Source of the DNA: Salinivirgaceae bacterium
Lineage (GTDB): Bacteria > Bacteroidota > Bacteroidia > Bacteroidales > SZUA-534
Assembly: GCA_024405635.1 (NCBI GenBank)
Contig: JAKSOL010000016.1
Span: forward strand, 1-62,460
Reading direction: 5' to 3'
Length of the DNA: 62,460 nt
Shown here: positions 60,601 through 62,460 of the stretch, in pieces
Position numbering within the stretch: position 1 is the stretch's first letter
Layout: every line of letters begins with the position of its first letter
Position numbers and translations under genes: made by a program
Notes under the pieces: generated by a model
Databases searched by the model: none
Seen by the model: the letters and a program-made list of their open reading frames with translations, nothing else
Told to the model about the DNA's origin: nothing

Positions 60601-62421
60601 TGCTATTATGACAGTGAAGATTTTAAGGCGAAGGTTGGACAAACTATCGCGAATCTCGTATTGTCTCAGGATCTTGACAAGGCAAAAATCTATACTAATT
60701 ACAAGATAGCAGGTGTAGGCGAAAAAGTATTGGCATTTGCTGACTATTCTATGATAGGAATAGATTGCAAACAAATTGTTGCGTATGCCAATACACAGAG
60801 TTTTGATAGGCTGGCAGGTAGTATAAGTGAAAACGGTCCGCCTTCAGTCTCAAGCCCAATAAAGCAGGTTGGCAATTGCGATGTACTCAAAAAGGCCGAT
60901 GAATATGGATTGGAAGGCTTAGGCCGAGATTTCTTCCTGTTGTTCTTTGATGGCACATCTGACGATGAAAGTCTTCTGAATGAATTATTGATATTCTGCA
61001 ATGGCATAAATGACTATGAAACAGAGGTATGCAATAATACAAGACATAGACTTACTGAAAGATTTGCCAAGCGGGTTGCAGAGCAGGGAATCACCACAAT
61101 AGGTCAGTTTCTTGACCGTTATTACATTGGAACCGCAGTAGGTGCAATAGTACTTTCTGAAAATGATCTCTGGAAGAATCTTCCAGAGGAATACAATTCA
61201 CAATCAGGTCACGAATACACAGTTGGAGAATTAAGACTGCGCTACAAACTGATGGCGTCAGGTAGTGAACTTGCGACTTCCATAATGAACGCCGAAAAAG
61301 AAGGCAAGGCATTCCCGTTAACAACAAAAGCTTTTGTTGACAAGTATGGAGATGCAAGCAGTCTTGTAGCTTTCATAATGTTTGTTGAGCTGGAGTCGGA
61401 CTTGATAAACATTGAAGCAGGAACCAATGTACTGTCCAAGTCATCGAAATTCTTCAAGACATCAAAGACCGGAGCCTTTACAAAGGAAAGGTTCCAAGCT
61501 AAACGAGAGGTTAGACTTGTCGAATCGTCAGCAAAGAGATTAGACATACTTGAATCCATAACCAAGAACTTAGACGAAAAGTCAGCTAAAGAATTCAAGG
61601 CTGACTTTGCCGATGCCACAGACGACGTTCTAATGAGATTCGTTGAGGAACCTGAGATGGTGGAAAGCTGGCTCTCTTTAAAAGAGCATGGAGCAGTAAA
61701 AACTGCTCGTAAAAACACAATAGTACTTGAAAAATGGCCAAATATAGTTTCTACATTCTCTCAATCGGCTATAGAGAAGCAGATAGGATATATTGATATA
61801 ATAGAAGGTGTTGCTAAAAAGCATGGCATTACAATGGAACAATTCAAGGAATTGATACAACGACCTGTTGAAGGAATATCCAATGTTCCCGAAGGTGTAA
61901 AATATCTTACCAAGGAAGAGCAGAATTTGCTGGCTGACATAAGGCTTGAACTGATTGATGACATGGATGCCAATACTGTTTTTGAAAAAACAATTACTGA
62001 AGCCAGTGCTATTGAAAGAATGAGTAATGAGGCTTATGCCAAAACTGTTGTAGGATTTATATCAAAAAGCAATGATGTCAAACAATTAAATACATCGTCA
62101 AAAGCATATCATGGATTATCTATGAATTACAATAGTTCTACATATAATGAAACAAATACAGATTGGCTTATAAGATTCAATGCAGATGCAAATGATGTAA
62201 GGCGGAAAGTCACCTTGTCCTATCCTAATGAATATCCATATACAGGTAATGGCTTCACCAATGGTGGTAATGGTATTATGGGTGTTCCAGAATTAGGCAT
62301 AATAAAAGAGAATAACGGGCTATCAATTAAATCAGCAGCAATACTTAGAAGAACCAATAGTGGTGAATTTGAAATATATGCAATATATATTGAGTCGGAA
62401 GGTTTTATAAGAATTAAATGA
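57616..62421 (+). CDS. secreted FN3-like / zinc-metallopeptidase protein with probable polymorphic toxin C-terminus
   Basis: Signal peptide; FN3-like domains; IAHELGH.....HH and DNLMDY; C-terminal VGFISK..DV...PYTGNGFT...GVPE domain. Confidence 0.75.
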   Translation: MLANLKRHNLQAITISLRIALILLLTVTVKIACAKKYPVTLTATINPPYTLTLADFGKSDGPLMLMANVTDVTVSNLPVYVHLKMQNLLSGEVLENTENMAVEDRIRINGNTVETIDGSMMRMNFLPSSFTYTNLKSSQYQNTLHQLPGGQWKISAELRHLYTHRRISNIATVTMIAASGSAPQLQSIEHRTVISNQTKPITFAWEQSKLQGAGATVLYKLEIWQNPTGNWLYSYDAITQQPPYYESELTAGNFITINPEVAMLVPETKYIWRVTASEPSGNVEFNNEGKSQCREFQYLSPCEPPSDIHTDIKSNGTTTIDWAQGTNNNMYWVNMEDLDGGSDEDNYHGEVTDTQVEFFELPHGSRWQVKVSASCPDGQTTESTDWTMFQVPELVSPFDSVSCPTCGCGKEIEPRQITNLELKQDLAVGDTIENRTGHTKFVIKTITAEGDGTYRGTFYALFRVWGVKFLCEYSNLKVNTDGVMLDGRWETINNPAFLADPKALADYIRDLEANIAQASYNNTIRDTVKLSTNFATIYINEKGHYIAVDADGNEKDITANVGSKSRTLVQSSNGEQLVIDSKGQLMGVTEYKQTGGNKTLLAQRSAEKDSLMATTGNVTFNKMDGEEYGFDKWRGADYDKDQYPTITNHNDYRPAYISLLKGNKAQILPSEISGITFKTEHGVPVLPNKTDNTLTIQAATTNDNQAIYAYRDTTIVGKLNIKAYDYKEVKVHLVRINKDNRTLDLTKIENQVNDIWQQAVVRYTFDELDPITITYADGEKFVHGGKGTFQNYNQDQKNAIQALPTTTDPNDYYLFFVDCYDRLDTAGNKSKEPVSGYMPAGRHYGFIYNQYDNVRTIAHELGHGVNVLHHTFSDDSESFHTTAKTDNLMDYNGGTTLNHWQWQWSHEKHRNVLGFLDGEEESEAKLALVTKEGKAITIDIPSVEKQYCFLSPSGVPIWLKNATDIRFFDNGTVSSFIDNGIKYSAVLSNDELYFDCYYDSEDFKAKVGQTIANLVLSQDLDKAKIYTNYKIAGVGEKVLAFADYSMIGIDCKQIVAYANTQSFDRLAGSISENGPPSVSSPIKQVGNCDVLKKADEYGLEGLGRDFFLLFFDGTSDDESLLNELLIFCNGINDYETEVCNNTRHRLTERFAKRVAEQGITTIGQFLDRYYIGTAVGAIVLSENDLWKNLPEEYNSQSGHEYTVGELRLRYKLMASGSELATSIMNAEKEGKAFPLTTKAFVDKYGDASSLVAFIMFVELESDLINIEAGTNVLSKSSKFFKTSKTGAFTKERFQAKREVRLVESSAKRLDILESITKNLDEKSAKEFKADFADATDDVLMRFVEEPEMVESWLSLKEHGAVKTARKNTIVLEKWPNIVSTFSQSAIEKQIGYIDIIEGVAKKHGITMEQFKELIQRPVEGISNVPEGVKYLTKEEQNLLADIRLELIDDMDANTVFEKTITEASAIERMSNEAYAKTVVGFISKSNDVKQLNTSSKAYHGLSMNYNSSTYNETNTDWLIRFNADANDVRRKVTLSYPNEYPYTGNGFTNGGNGIMGVPELGIIKENNGLSIKSAAILRRTNSGEFEIYAIYIESEGFIRIK

Positions 62422-62460
62422 TTATGAATGAATTAATGACATGCATCAAAAAACTAACAA
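62418..62460 (+). CDS. start of a coupled ORF, candidate immunity protein (truncated by window end)
   Basis: ATGA overlap with the upstream stop; reads MIMNELMTCIKKLT, open to the edge. Confidence 0.45.
   Translation, partial: MIMNELMTCIKKLT

Overview
An AT-rich chromosomal segment from a Bacteroidetes organism, probably Bacteroidales. The evidence is TAnnTTTG promoters, mostly absent Shine-Dalgarno sequences, a MurF-Alr fusion, T9SS C-terminal domains and a surA-moxR-ostA block. Most of the window is housekeeping: PPIases, miaA, alr, a metal TonB receptor, ABC-F, hslR, fabF/acp, fba, rplS, purE, tRNA-Met, tRNA-Glu and gltX. Three accessory regions stand out. (1) 1-640: two Firmicutes-style GNAT genes. 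(2) ~30.0-43.1 kb: a DUF4160/DUF2442 toxin-antitoxin pair between two ~295-bp diverged direct repeats. It is followed by a ~9-kb surface-protein operon ending in an 1806-aa BspA adhesin, preceded by a ~400-nt leader with two hairpins whose loops are complementary. Last is an AAA ATPase flanked by ordered mosaics of 7/8-mer repeats and two REP-like palindrome families. (3) After gltX: a 70-bp palindrome, a T9SS-CTD gene remnant, and a 1601-aa secreted FN3/zinc-peptidase protein with a probable polymorphic toxin tip and a coupled candidate immunity gene at the window edge. No integrase, transposase, reverse transcriptase or CRISPR array was seen. All family calls come from reading motifs by eye, not from database searches.
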